The notes beneath the pieces are model-generated. The model did not search any database and had not been told where the DNA came from. It saw only the letters and a list, made by a program, of their open reading frames with translations. The position numbers were made by a program, and so were the translations under genes. Positions 11,120 to 23,354 of a DNA stretch of 35,145 nt are shown here, in pieces. Where the stretch lies: the NCBI RefSeq assembly GCF_001194135.2, contig NC_068983.1, forward strand, positions 14,162,908 to 14,198,052, in the 5' to 3' direction. Origin of the DNA: Octopus bimaculoides. Lineage: Eukaryota. Numbering within the stretch: position 1 is the stretch's first letter; the number at the start of each line of letters is the position of its first letter.

Positions 11120-11363
11120 AAGGCGTTCTGCCGCACAAAAGCTGGCAGAAACGTTAGCACGCCGGGCGAAATGCTTAGCGGTATTTCGTCTGCTGCTAGG
11201 TTCCGAGTTCAAATTCCGCCGAGGTCGACTTTGCTTTTCATCCTTTCGGGGTCGATTAAATAAGTACCGGTTTCGCACTGGGGTCGATATAATCGACTTA
11301 ATCCGTTTGTCCGTCCTTGTTTGTCCCCTCTGTGTGTAGCCCCTTGTGGGTAGTAAAGAAATA
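11120..11363 (+). mobile_element. tRNA-derived SINE, family B (tail type 1)
   Basis: Head AGCTGGCAGAAACGTTAGCAC...GAGTTCAAATTCC (B-box), core GTCGACTTTGCTTTTCATCCTTTCGGGGTCGATTAAATAAGTACC, and tail ...CCCCTTGTGGGTAGTAAAGAAATAA. Confidence 0.88.
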
Positions 11364-11619
11364 ACACACACACATACACGTATACACACCTGTACACACA
11401 TCCATATGCTCGAATATACACATACGGTCACACACATACACACTTGGCATGTACACGTGTATAATGCAAATGACAGTTGTAGCTGTACAGTGGAACAGCA
11501 ACAAGCTTTTTGCAGTTTGCAGTTGTTTACTTTATCTCCCATTCTTAGCATTCATTTAGAGAAAGCAAACCGTATAAGCATTTTTACAAAAAAGTGATGT
11601 CATTGTTCATTTTTTTATT

Positions 11620-12860
11620 TCTGCAATCCCACCTAAATGAATGTTCATGCAATGTTAATTTTCTCCAGACTTACTGGCATAATGACGTACCTTGCAAGAC
11701 TCACTTACCCATGCATGCACACAGATGATCTCAAATGCAGCTGGAGCACACACCATGCTGACTCTCATTCATATTTGTGCAAATATCATGTAAACACCTC
11801 CGTCCACGTTTGCTCGTTTCACACACAGTAATGCTTAACATGGGGATTTACCTCAAAACAATTCACTTTATCATTTACTGCTGTTAGTAATTTTGCCTTA
11901 TTCTTCGAGTTTTGCTACCTACTCTTTTATATAGGTCTATAACGTTTACTGTTTCTTATCATTCAACGCATGGTTGTTGTAGCAATTCCCTACAGATGAC
12001 ATTTTAGTTTCATTGATTTCATGGGCGTTCTTTTTGCTAACCGTATATTTAACACAAGTAATCCGTAAGCAACTTTTGGCTAGTTTAAAAATTACAAGAT
12101 CATTTTACGCTCATCACTGTCACGGAGTTGTTTTAACCTGTCAGAAATTTAGCCAGCCAGAGACTCTAGTAGTTTATGTGACCAAGTTTTGATAATATTA
12201 TCAAGTAAAATCTATTTTAGTTTATTCCATGCATTTGTTCGATACCAGACGTGAATATATGTACCTCTACTTCTAGAAACAACCATATCTAAGCTGTTAC
12301 TTGCTATCTCGTTCCATTCTTTCATTGCTAACAAGATGTTAGGAATTGTCTAGACTTGTTAAAATAATTTGTACTAGTTTAAATATTCATAGAATTATAT
12401 GGCCTTTCATTTTGCTGATCACCAGCTTGTAGACATTTAACTTTATAACACAAATTATTTCATTGATATGAAAACATGAAAATATCTATGTAATATCTAT
12501 GTAATATCTATGTACATATCCCATAACATTTCTCTAACAGAAATTGTGTAATTGATTTATCGATGTACATTTTCAGAAACACATTTATGTAAACTTTATC
12601 TTGTTTCACCTTATAAATTAAGATCTGGAATGTTTCATGTCTGAATTCTGTTCTACTTTAATCAATGTTTTTTTTCCCTTTTGGTATTTAAGAAGTAAAG
12701 TAAAACTTATACGCAATCCAATTTTTGTTCTTATATCACCGAACAATCTTAATTTATAACAAAATATTTGATATATGTCAGCGAAATGTATATTGACTTT
12801 CGAGTGTTTTTTTTTGTAAAGATATATGCGTGCGTTTAAGTCTAAATTTGTAAGTGTGCA
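11620..12860 (-). mobile_element. degenerate Penelope-like retroelement, RT plus GIY-YIG endonuclease (copy 2)
   Basis: Ordered minus-strand motifs with stops and frameshifts: Y-I-D-(D/I)-F-M-F (~12475-12513), LDMVVSRSRGTYIHVWYR (12239-12293; compare PLE FLDxxVxR...xYRKP), SHK, NCYN (compare NGYP), YKRVGSKTRRI, then KVNCFEV...Y-V-C-E-T-S-K-R (11806-11830; compare GIY-YIG YVGETxR). Confidence 0.55.
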
Positions 12861-12894
12861 TGTCCTCATATTTAGGATGTTCGGGTCAGAATAA

Positions 12895-13015
12895 TAAGGG
12901 TGTGATTTCAATTCCTGGAAGGAACAGCACGTTGTGTTCTTAAGCAAGTCACTTCATTTCACATTAATTCAATGTACTCATTTGTAAATTAGTAGGTGCC
13001 GAGGGCTGGTGAAAT
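12895..13015 (+). mobile_element. old SINE remnant, family C (CORE-like domain)
   Basis: GTGTTCTTAAGCAAGTCACTTCATTTCACATT...TACTCATTTGTAAAT matches 25450-25500 and resembles the MIR/CORE domain (CCTTGGGCAAGTCACTT...CTCATCTGTAAA). Confidence 0.55.
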
Positions 13016-14482
13016 CCAGTGTTCACCGATGCTTCTGAATTATTCAACGTTCACTCTTCTCCACACACATTTTAAGCACTTTTCTACGCAGTAGTGTAGG
13101 GTTTTGGACTTTTCTTTTGCCATTAATTTTGTTTACTATTATCCATGAATATTAAGCTTTGCTTTCTCCAATTTCCTCTTTTTTGTTTCGAGGGAGAGCT
13201 GCTTCCAGTTACGTCTACCTCCGGCAAATGAATCGGTGTTTGTGGTGTTGGAGGTTTTATTAGCTGCTATTAATTACTATTGGTTTTTCTCCTGTCGCTG
13301 ATGCTGGCAGTGGATGTTTTCAATAATGGTGGTGCTTCCGTTGTGAGATCACACATAGCTGCTTGCGAGTAATACGGTAATACAATTATTGGTGTTCTTG
13401 TTGAAACAGGGATGAGAAACATTTTTCTTGCTACAAATAATCGCCATTATTGCAGCGAGCCATAGGAGCTGAGGGTTCTATTGCTGTGATGGTGGGGGCG
13501 ATGGTCAAAGTGCTTTGGATCTCAATGCTATAATTGCTGCTGTTGGTGACATAAGGGGATTATCGCAAGGGGATTATCAACACTTGCTACATATCTCATA
13601 TCCTCTGTTACCGCGGCAGATGCCTTGTTTGTATTCTATTAAAAATTTCAAAACTAAAATTTCATAACAAACTATTTTACAATGTAAGTGAACCGCATTA
13701 AAGTAAGTAAACAAGAAAATTGATCAGCCGTCTCAATTCCTGCTCATCGTGCGAACAAACCAAATAGTAATAACAATACCTTAGTCAGGTGTAAACAACG
13801 GACTTTCATCAATAAAAACATTGTTAATAAAGAACCTTGCTGTACACAAAGGATATGTGGCTTTTGTGCTGAAAACGAATTTCTATGCTAATAATCACAA
13901 CAACAGCAAGTATTAATGATGATAACGGCGATTATGATAATGATGATGATGATGACGAGGAGGCTGAAATAATGATATTATAAACAACAAAAATAATAAT
14001 GAAAATAAGAATAAAAATAATGGTAATGTAAAATAACGATAACCTAATTACCAAAAGAAGTCTGCAGTCTAACACAACTCTAGACATCTTAAAAAAAGTA
14101 GAAAACATCTACAATTAGTTTGGACAGCTATCTTCAAAGAAAACAAGATACAATTAAAAATACAAGACTGACGACAATGATAGGAAAAAAATACAAAGTA
14201 AAATCTTCGTGCTATACATAACAAAGCAAAAAAAAAAAGAAAAGCAAGATACTTAAGAGAAATAAGCACATCAACATCACACATAGCAGAAAAGCAAACT
14301 CATTAATACATAAATACACTGACTGGAATTCGAAGTGTTTTTAGCATTTGTCTGCACCGATATGAATCAATTAAATAAAGGGGAAAATGCTATATGGATA
14401 CAGGGAATATGATGTGTTTTGAGTAGATCCACGGCACTTTAATATAAACGTCAGGTTCTTCATTAATAAGTATATTGCAGTA

Positions 14483-14840
<358 letters not shown>

Positions 14841-15173
14841 GCAGATTTATATGTTTTATGTAATGTACTCTCATGCATAGAGTTACATATCTAGATATGC
14901 TCATATATATTTAAATGATAAACTTCTGGAAAGTTTTACAGATTTTTACAGTTCTAGTGATGGATTGGATCTCAAGTCATCGAATTAGCTTTCACTTTTC
15001 TGGTTTTGAGAAGCCTAATTTTTGGTATTTAGATTGGTGTATAGGCAGAGTATTACATATCCCATGGCCCCAATAATTACAGGTATAAACTTGAACTGGT
15101 AATCTGGATAGAGTAACTGCAGATTTCTCAATAGTTCAGCATAAGTATTCACTTTTTCATTGATCTTCAGCTT

Positions 15174-15289
15174 TATGTATGTATGTATGTATGTATGTAT
15201 GTATGTATGTATGTATGTATGTATGTATGTATGTATGTATGTATGAATGTATGTATATATGTATGTATGTATGTACGTATGTATGTATG
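15174..15289. repeat. (TATG)n microsatellite
   Basis: Direct reading. Confidence 0.95.
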
Positions 15290-15290
15290 A

Positions 15291-15607
15291 AAGTGCATGG
15301 CTTAGTCTTTAGGGTATTCGGCACACAATCGTAAGGTCGTGAGTTCGATAACCGACGGCGCGTCGTAGCCTTGCGCAAGACATTTTAATTCACGGTGCTC
15401 CAGTCCGCTCACCTGTCAAAAATGAGCAGTAGCCGTATTTCAAACGGCCAGCCTGATCACATCCTGAGTCAGGCTGAATTTCCCTGAGAACTACATTAAG
15501 GGAAATGAGTCTGTAGAGGGTTCAACCACTTGCACATTAATTTCACGTGCAAGTTGTTCTGTTGATCGGATCAACTGGAAACCATATCATCGTAACCGAC
15601 GGCGTGC

Positions 15608-15609
<2 letters not shown>
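15291..15609 (+). mobile_element. tRNA-derived CORE-like SINE, family C (tail type 1)
   Basis: A-box-like TGGCTTAGTC, B-box-like GAGTTCGATAACC, CORE-like CCTTGCGCAAGACATTTTAATTCACGGTGCTCCAGTC, and a tail ending CGTAACCGACGGCGTGCCA(CA)n. Confidence 0.75.
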
Positions 15610-15649
<40 letters not shown>

Positions 15650-16275
15650 NNNNNNNNNNNNNNNNNNNNNNNNNNNNNNNNNNNNNNNNNNNNNATATAT
15701 AAGTATGCATGTGTGTGCGCTTGCGCGTTTTCCCTTTTTTAAAAAAAATTATTAGAATTCTTCCTAGAAGGTGGGATCTGGTTTATAACAAAGAGACAGA
15801 AAATCCTATCAATGGAATTTGGATAACAACGACAATAATTTTTACAAATTTAACTTTAGGAAAATCTTGCTGAATTTCACTGTTCCGCTTAGGGATTGCA
15901 TGTGTAAAACGCGCGCTAGCCCGCCTCTTTCTTTATTTGAAGTTTCTTTCTTTCCCAGATTATTACTTAGACATTGACTGACATAATTAAGACCACCGAT
16001 AACCATTATTATAAATATGAATTTGTAATATGAGTAGAAGATTTGCAAACTTTGAAATAATTGATCATAAATACTTACCTTATTACTGACTTTAGATCAG
16101 TTGCTCATATTTTCGGGCCACCTAAATCTGATCTTTGGTTTGTGACTTAAATTACTATATCAGGGATTATTTTCTTTGAACTTCATATTCTGAATGTAAA
16201 GAACAGGAATACATACAGAGAAGAATTTCGTACGATTCTCCAAAGACTCTATCAGTTCGCTGCATTATAATATGT

Positions 16276-16485
16276 TTTCTACTATAGGCACAATGCCTGG
16301 AATTTGTGGGGAGGGGAATAGTCGATCACATCGACCCAAGTTCTTGACTGGTATTCAATTTATCGACCCGAAAGGATAAAAGGCAAGGTCGACCTTAGCG
16401 GAATTTGAACTCAGAACGTAAGTGCGGACGAGTTGCTGCTGAGCATTTTACTCGGCGAGCTAACGATTCTGCCACCACACCGCCT
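16276..16485 (-). mobile_element. SINE family B (tail type 2)
   Basis: Reverse complement of the family B head and core (ATCGACCCGAAAGGATAAAAGGCAAGGTCGACC...GGAATTTGAACTC). The tail TTTCTACTATAGGCACA is shared with 30353-30573. Confidence 0.85.
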
Positions 16486-18170
16486 GAATGTAGTTTAATG
16501 TTGGCATTTTACTTATAAAAGTAGCAGATTGTCCACTGATCATGTATGGATCCGTTCCGTTATTAAGACGAAGTAGTATGCCGTGAATAGTATTATTTTG
16601 GTGTTTTTAGAATGCATTAATTCAGCAAGACACGCATTGCCTATGTCCCTTCTCTAGGCTTTCAAAACTAATAGAAGTAAAAACCTAGTCCGAATGCTTT
16701 CAAAGGAGTGGAAAGACGTTGTAAAAGGTACTTAAAAAGCCAGGAGATGGTATTAAACCAAACGACGAAGGCATTTGACCAAAGTGCTACGTAATGGGAT
16801 TGAACCTGAAACCACATATTTGTGAATCAAAATAGTCAGTTGGAACTTCAGAAAAAAAGATAAACTTAGTATTCTTTACATTATAACTTCCTTTCATTGA
16901 AGAATTTTTCTGCAAAACTCTCGTTGATTTTACTTATCGTTAATCACATAGAATTGGAATTCGTTTTATCGCAGAACGAAAGAATGAATTGATTGAAGTA
17001 TTTCTGACATGAACTTTATTAATGTAATGCTGCAGTGATATCTTCCTTGTTATTTTCACCACATATCTTACTTTTCATCTATTTAGTGTGACTTATAAAC
17101 ATTCTAATTTCTATGTTTGATGGCACATCACATTCTACAGGCTCAATTTACATAGCATAAAAACATTTTTTCTTTACAGGGCATCAAGCTTTATGCTGCA
17201 CTAAAACACTTTTCCATGAACAGTAGATTCCAAAACAGTTTGAAATGTGTATTTGAATGCGACGATATACAACGGATGCGATAAAAGCTAATACATCACT
17301 GTCACCAATGACAAAACCTCGCTAAGATGGATGTGAACTGACCTGTGTATCATGTCGAACAGAAAAGATTATATCAATATCAGAGGTAAAAACATTCACA
17401 GATACGACCTGTAAATGAGAAAAGTAAAAACGTGTAAAATGAAATATAAGATTTGAAGATGGACAGCTTCTAGTAGAAAGCATTAAATAGGTACGAAACT
17501 TGATGACCTGCTTAGGATATTTCATAGATCAATTATAAAAGAAATCAATCTCCGAAAGTATTATAGATACAATATATGGGTATATAGATAGGAATTGTAC
17601 GAAGTTTCGGTGTGAAACTTGATTTGGAGGTATATTTATTCAATTTTTCATGTTATTTTTAGCCCAGGTCACCGATAATTAAGCAGAGCATCTTAGCCGT
17701 AACAGTCCCTTCTTTTATCCAGATTCATTGGAAATAAAACTACGATATCTAATATATACGTTCTTTAAGGTGGTGAGATGTGATAGAGATTTGGTTGCTA
17801 TATTTTTTAAGTCGAGCATCTGACTGCAGTTTCCTTGCTAGCGCGTTTGATATTTCATTATCTACGGAAGTGGTGATTAGAAAGAGAGGTGACTAGAGAA
17901 TGAAAGATTATCTTATGAACTTCTTTAGCTAACAGCTGTTTCTGCGATAAGATGTAGTGGACTCATAAATAAATGCCTGAATAACACCCTATAGCTTCAT
18001 CTGAGCCTCGAATATGAAGTGCAATTTATTTGGGAAAGAATTACATTTGTGCCTATATAGGGAACGGCATCAACAATGAGTGAAGTCAAAACAGATTTAT
18101 ATAAGAAAAATGAGTGTGCAAAATGCAATTAAATGTATTAATGGAAATACTAGTATACATACATACATAT

Positions 18171-18231
<61 letters not shown>

Positions 18232-18337
18232 NNNNNNNNNNNNNNNNNNNNNNNNNNNNNNNNNNNNNNNNNNNNNNNNNNNNNNNNNNNNNNNNNNNNN
18301 NNNNNNNNNNNNNNNNNNNNNNNNNNNNNNNNNNNNN

Positions 18338-18697
18338 CAGTCCCACTGCGTGGCACCTTGGGTAAGTGTCTTCTACTATAACCTCGGGCGGACCAAAGCC
18401 TTGTGAGTGGATTTGGTAGGCGGAAACTGAAAGAAGCCCGTCGTATATATGTATATATATGTATGTGTATGTATGCGTTTGTGTGTCTGTGTTTGTCCCC
18501 CAACATCGCTTGACAACCGATGCTGGTGTGTTTACGTCCCCGTAACTTAGCGGTTCGGCAAAAGAGACCGATAGCATAAGTACTAGGCTTCCAAAGAATA
18601 AGTCCTGGGGTCGATTTGCTCGACTAAAGGCGGCGCTCCAGCATGGCCACAGTCAAATGACTGAAACAAGTAAAAGAGTAAAAGAGAGTAAAAGAGT
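18338..18697 (+). mobile_element. SINE family A (head lost in a gap)
   Basis: Near-consensus body and complete tail ...GCATGGCCACAGTCAAATGACTGAAACAAGTAAAAGAG with short (TAAAAGAG) repeats. Confidence 0.92.
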
Positions 18698-19324
18698 ATA
18701 ATATGTATATAAGAACGCACACACTCTGAGGTACCCGTTGATACAGAAAAAACACAGACACACGCACCGGCACATACGTACACGTGCATCTGTGTAGCCA
18801 AACACACGGAGGTTGGATAGGAAAACAGCACAAAATAGGAAGTGAGCACAAGATCCACATTATAAACACTTTATAGTATTTAATAACGTCTGTTAATGCT
18901 ATGAGTTACTCAGTTGATTAGCATTCTCAAATAGATAAAATACCTACAAGTTATCAATCGTTATCTGTGCCAATCGGCCATACACTCACCTTCTGACAAA
19001 GTATAACATAGACAAAATTTACGATACATTTCTTTAGAGCTGATTATGTTGGAATTTTCCGTGTCAGTTTTAGAATGCTTGAAAACTTTCCAATTTATGC
19101 ATCTAGTTGCACGGTTGTGCTCGTATAAATTATCTGTATAGGTGAGTTTCCAAGGTACTGTCTGAGTATCTAAAATACTCTCTGAGTATGTACAGATCCG
19201 TTTCAAGATGTCTTGAGAGTACTCGACATATAGCATCCATTTACTTTTTAAGGATTGTTTTTAGTAGTCTCAATTTTGGAGACTACAGTTATGAAAGCTA
19301 TTTTATAAAAGTTTTGTGTGACAA

Positions 19325-19334
19325 ACTACAACGA

Positions 19335-19385
<51 letters not shown>

Positions 19386-19391
19386 CTACTA

Positions 19392-19431
<40 letters not shown>
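19325..19431. repeat. graded compound trinucleotide repeat (CAA)n-(CTA)n-(CTG)n
   Basis: Direct reading. Confidence 0.95.
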
Positions 19432-19569
19432 ATTAGATATTTTATTTGCGAATATATTTACATGAAAAGTATATTGTCGAAATATTTATACATGCAGTTA
19501 TTTCAGCCTAAAACACAACATTTCCACCCCCAACCTATCTACTCCACCCTCCTGTTACTATTAACTTTA

Positions 19570-19850
19570 AAGGTTATTCACCATTGTTACATTATCGAAG
19601 AGTTGGTGGTGCCAGATTTGGCTTGTGACATTAGTTCTTCATCATTGGACTAAATCACTTAGTGGGAAATCATTGAACGGTTACGTGAAGCAGATTACAT
19701 TAACTGCGATAGCTGACAGCCAAGAAAGAGAATACATAACAAAAACCTTTCACTGGAACTGTACATGAATGTATGAGAACGTTCTGAAGATTTATGATCT
19801 GTTTCAACATTTTCGTGAAGAGTATTTAAGAGATAAGCATTAATTTTATA
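19570..19850 (+). mobile_element. possible hAT (Charlie/Buster-type) transposase relic
   Basis: Broken frames give HCYIIEELV (compare hAT C-x-x-H region HCxIHxExL), KSLN (compare LNxRxF) and LYMNV*...NVLKIYDLF (compare LxHTxVRWLSxGxVLxRFxxL), in the expected order but heavily decayed. Confidence 0.35.
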
Positions 19851-21636
19851 TTTTATCTGCTAGCACACCGTAATTAGCGAACCTGAGAAACCTCGTGTAT
19901 GTGTGTCTAGCCGTGACGATGTGTTTTATGCGTATATAGGTATGTGTCATAGTATGTTTATATGTATATATGTATGAATGTACGTATGCATGAATATGTG
20001 TATAACATGCATGAGGTTCTGAGTTTATTTTAAAGATTTCAATAAATATAGAGACAATCTCCAAGCCGGAATCAAAGCCTTTCATTGGGATTTAGACAAC
20101 ATCAAATAAATAGTCATTTGTGCATGCATGCATATGCATGCATATGCATATGCATGTATCAGTATTCGTTTGCATGTGTGTGCGCATACACACTGAATTG
20201 CAATACAGAATGTTTCTAATTACACGTGTGCATGCATGAATGCATGTTACTGTATGTGCGATTCTGTATATTGTAACGCAGAAATAATGTATACATATAA
20301 ATATGTTTGCATGTATAAATGTGTGCATAGATGTATACTCAGGCGAAACTTCTGGAATGTATGTATAGCTGCAAATGTAAAACTATGTTTATTTGATCGG
20401 TTTTTATACTGCATTTACGAGTGCCACAAAACCATTTTCTTCCACCAATGATATCGCAGCTAACAGTTACACTCACTCACATGCGCACATACATTCATAA
20501 CTAAATAACATTGAGTAACATTAAAACATGGTAAGAAACCAACGATGCAATGAAAGAAACTACTCACTATAACAAATCAATCCTGTTCAGAAGCAACCAA
20601 CTCTTTAAAAGGAAACCGACCATCATAAACCAAACCAACCAAAATAATGAGAAACATCCCAAAAGTTAAACGACTATCATAAACATGAAAAACCGACAGA
20701 ATTTTGCCACCAAGACTACAATAACCAACCACCAGAATCACATCACACGATGCTATGAAGATATCTCAACTTCAAAGATTCTAATTCTACACATGCTGCT
20801 ACTACTTAGCTGTCTCCAGACCCATTACTTTAAAACCTCATACTTTTAGCTTTTGATCATGGGAAATTGGTTTCTTCTTCAAAGCGAAGGAATACACGAG
20901 ATTATGATATTTAATACTTTGTCGCATATATAGAACTGTAATATTTACTGACAATATCTTCTGAATTTGACCCCGTTGCTCAGCACTTCGTGAATTCGAG
21001 AGCATCTCGCTTATTATTTACTCTATTCGGCTTAAGCCTTGTAAGCGAAATGGAATTGGCAGAAACATGTACCAAGACCATTCTGAACTCAACATTCCAG
21101 CTCAGTAACGAGCTGATTTTAGCTGAGCTTTACATTAAAAATACAAATTCGGAATACTCAGTTACTAATACTATATCAGTCAGCAGTTAATGTAGTTTCA
21201 TTGATCGAACTAATAGAACAATACTTAGTCGTCGAAATGTACGATTATAGTATCCCGTTATATTTTAATATTGAAGCTATAACACTAGGCCCCAGTCGCT
21301 GGCATTATAAACAAAAGTTTTACAAAAATGATTTCGTAACAATCTTTTGTGCCAATGATATTCATTGTTCAGTGTTCCTTCAATATGGAAAATGTAATAC
21401 AAAGTACGGTCGGTCCATTTCTATCATAAAAAGAATTTATATTAAAAATAAAACGATGATATTTCTTCCAATAATAAGGACGCCTAGAATTGAAACTTGG
21501 CCTATTGACGTCTTTTCCCACTGATCCTACAGGACTTAATCCTATACAGGTAAGATTTTTTGCATAATGAAAAGAAAAGAGTGCTTCCACTTCTCCAGAG
21601 GATTCGGAGAAAGAAAGATAGATAGATAGAGCGGTG

Positions 21637-21707
21637 AGGTGCCACGCAGTGGGACTGAACCTGGAACCACGTGGTTGGTAAGCAAGCTACTTACCACAGA
21701 CCCACTC
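21637..21707 (-). mobile_element. SINE family A head fragment
   Basis: AGGTGCCACGCAGTGGGACTGAACCTGGAACCACGTGGTTGGTAAGCAAGCTACTTACCAC is the reverse complement of the family A head. Confidence 0.85.
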
Positions 21708-21711
21708 AAGA

Positions 21712-21736
21712 TATACATATATATATATTATAATAA

Positions 21737-21800
<64 letters not shown>

Positions 21801-21850
21801 ATATATATATGTAATATATGTATGTATGTATCTCTCTCTCTCTCTCTCTA
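21712..21850. repeat. (TA)n/(TATG)n/(TC)n microsatellite
   Basis: Direct reading. Confidence 0.9.
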
Positions 21851-23242
21851 TCTATTTATAAGATAAAAGTTAATCATATAACACATACACACATACACAT
21901 AATGAAAGCAATGAACATATATAAATATGAATTCAACACTAACGTAATATTTGAGGCTACGATAGTTCATGGTTACATCACAACTACTCTCCTTCTGTCC
22001 TCTTCATATGAGAAGAACTTGCCAACGATTGATTCTAAAAAATGCAATAAATGAACAATAAATCTAACAAGCTAACATATAAATAAGAAATAGTTATACA
22101 ATAATTAACGATCTCCTAAATGTCCGACCATTATAAAGATAACCATTTTAAAAGTTAACCAACCATAAACGTAACCAGACTTAATTATCCGCAATAAATA
22201 CAATATACCAGGAGATAATAAAACAATTTACTAAACGATCATCTAGAAATAATAAACCACTATATAGATTATCTATATTGTAGAATTGTGGACCGTTCAC
22301 CTTAAAATTTAACCAACCATTATAAATAGAGCTAACGAAGTTACTTCATCTTGCCAATGAAAGGGACAGGTATTTATTTAGAGTAAATTTAATTTACTGA
22401 AAACCTAACGTCATCAAATATTTCTGGTAGGAAACCGAAGATTTCGGTTCTACTCTTTAGTCATCGTATTGTTATCAAAACCAAGTAGAGAAAAGACACG
22501 CTTGAGATTTCCAAAAGACTGATATTCTCATTTAACAGAATACAATAATCTATGATAGAATGTAATACATAACTTAACTAATTATATTATACAAAGATTA
22601 TTAAACAAAACATAAATATGAACAAAAAGTCTCTTAATTTCTTTGCTGATAAAATTGTATTATATCTTCTTCTGTTAGATTTTGATTTCACATCAGTTAT
22701 TGGAACCAAATAAAGCTCGCCTCGTTTTCGTATTGTGTTAATTTTCCATCACTTATTAAATTAATCACAGCTGGCTTTTCTTCAAGNNNNNNNNNNTATA
22801 TATATGCTATAGAGATGGAGATATAGACGGAGACGGTGAACAACAAAAAGACAGGATGACAGCAAAAGAAAACAAACAACACATTTGCGAGACTATATGA
22901 TTGCGTAAAATAATTAAATGTTGTAGTCGCAGATACAAGACACTTATGTAAGACGGAAAAATTTGTAAATGATGTTACGATAACTGAATAACAGTTTTTT
23001 TATTAAATTAAGTCAAGTAGATATGATCTAATTTCAATTCGAATGAATATACTGTTTGAATTGCTCTCTTCCAGCTGCAATAATGCGATTCCTTCCTTTC
23101 TCGGGTCCTGAACTTCTAATACGTCGTTGTGGAATTGTCGTTAGTGGTTTCTCATAAGCATTTTGAAGTTGGTGGAGCGCGTTCCTTGCAATTTGACGAC
23201 ATTTGTTTACTTTAAGAGAGAAGGGGATAGATAGAAATATAG

Positions 23243-23243
23243 C

Positions 23244-23293
<50 letters not shown>

Positions 23294-23315
23294 GGGAGAG
23301 AGAGAGAGAGAGAGT
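23243..23315. repeat. (GATA)n/(GA)n microsatellite
   Basis: Direct reading. Confidence 0.9.
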
Positions 23316-23354
23316 GACAGGAGGGGTAAATGGAGAAGAAGGATAGACACCATT

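Noticed and set aside
19188-19653. PolyQ/polyN ORFs
   Set aside because: Explained by the (CAA)(CTA)(CTG) compound repeat.
20990-21524. Two adjacent ORFs (66 and 107 aa) and alternative AGCTCAG/CTGAGCT hairpins at 21098-21129
   Set aside because: No recognisable motif, no convincing splice signals, and short hairpins are expected by chance.
20480-22340. A-rich, AACC-rich tracts (20480-20870 and 22040-22340) resembling decayed retroelement sequence
   Set aside because: I could not recover ordered protein motifs, so no class can be supported.
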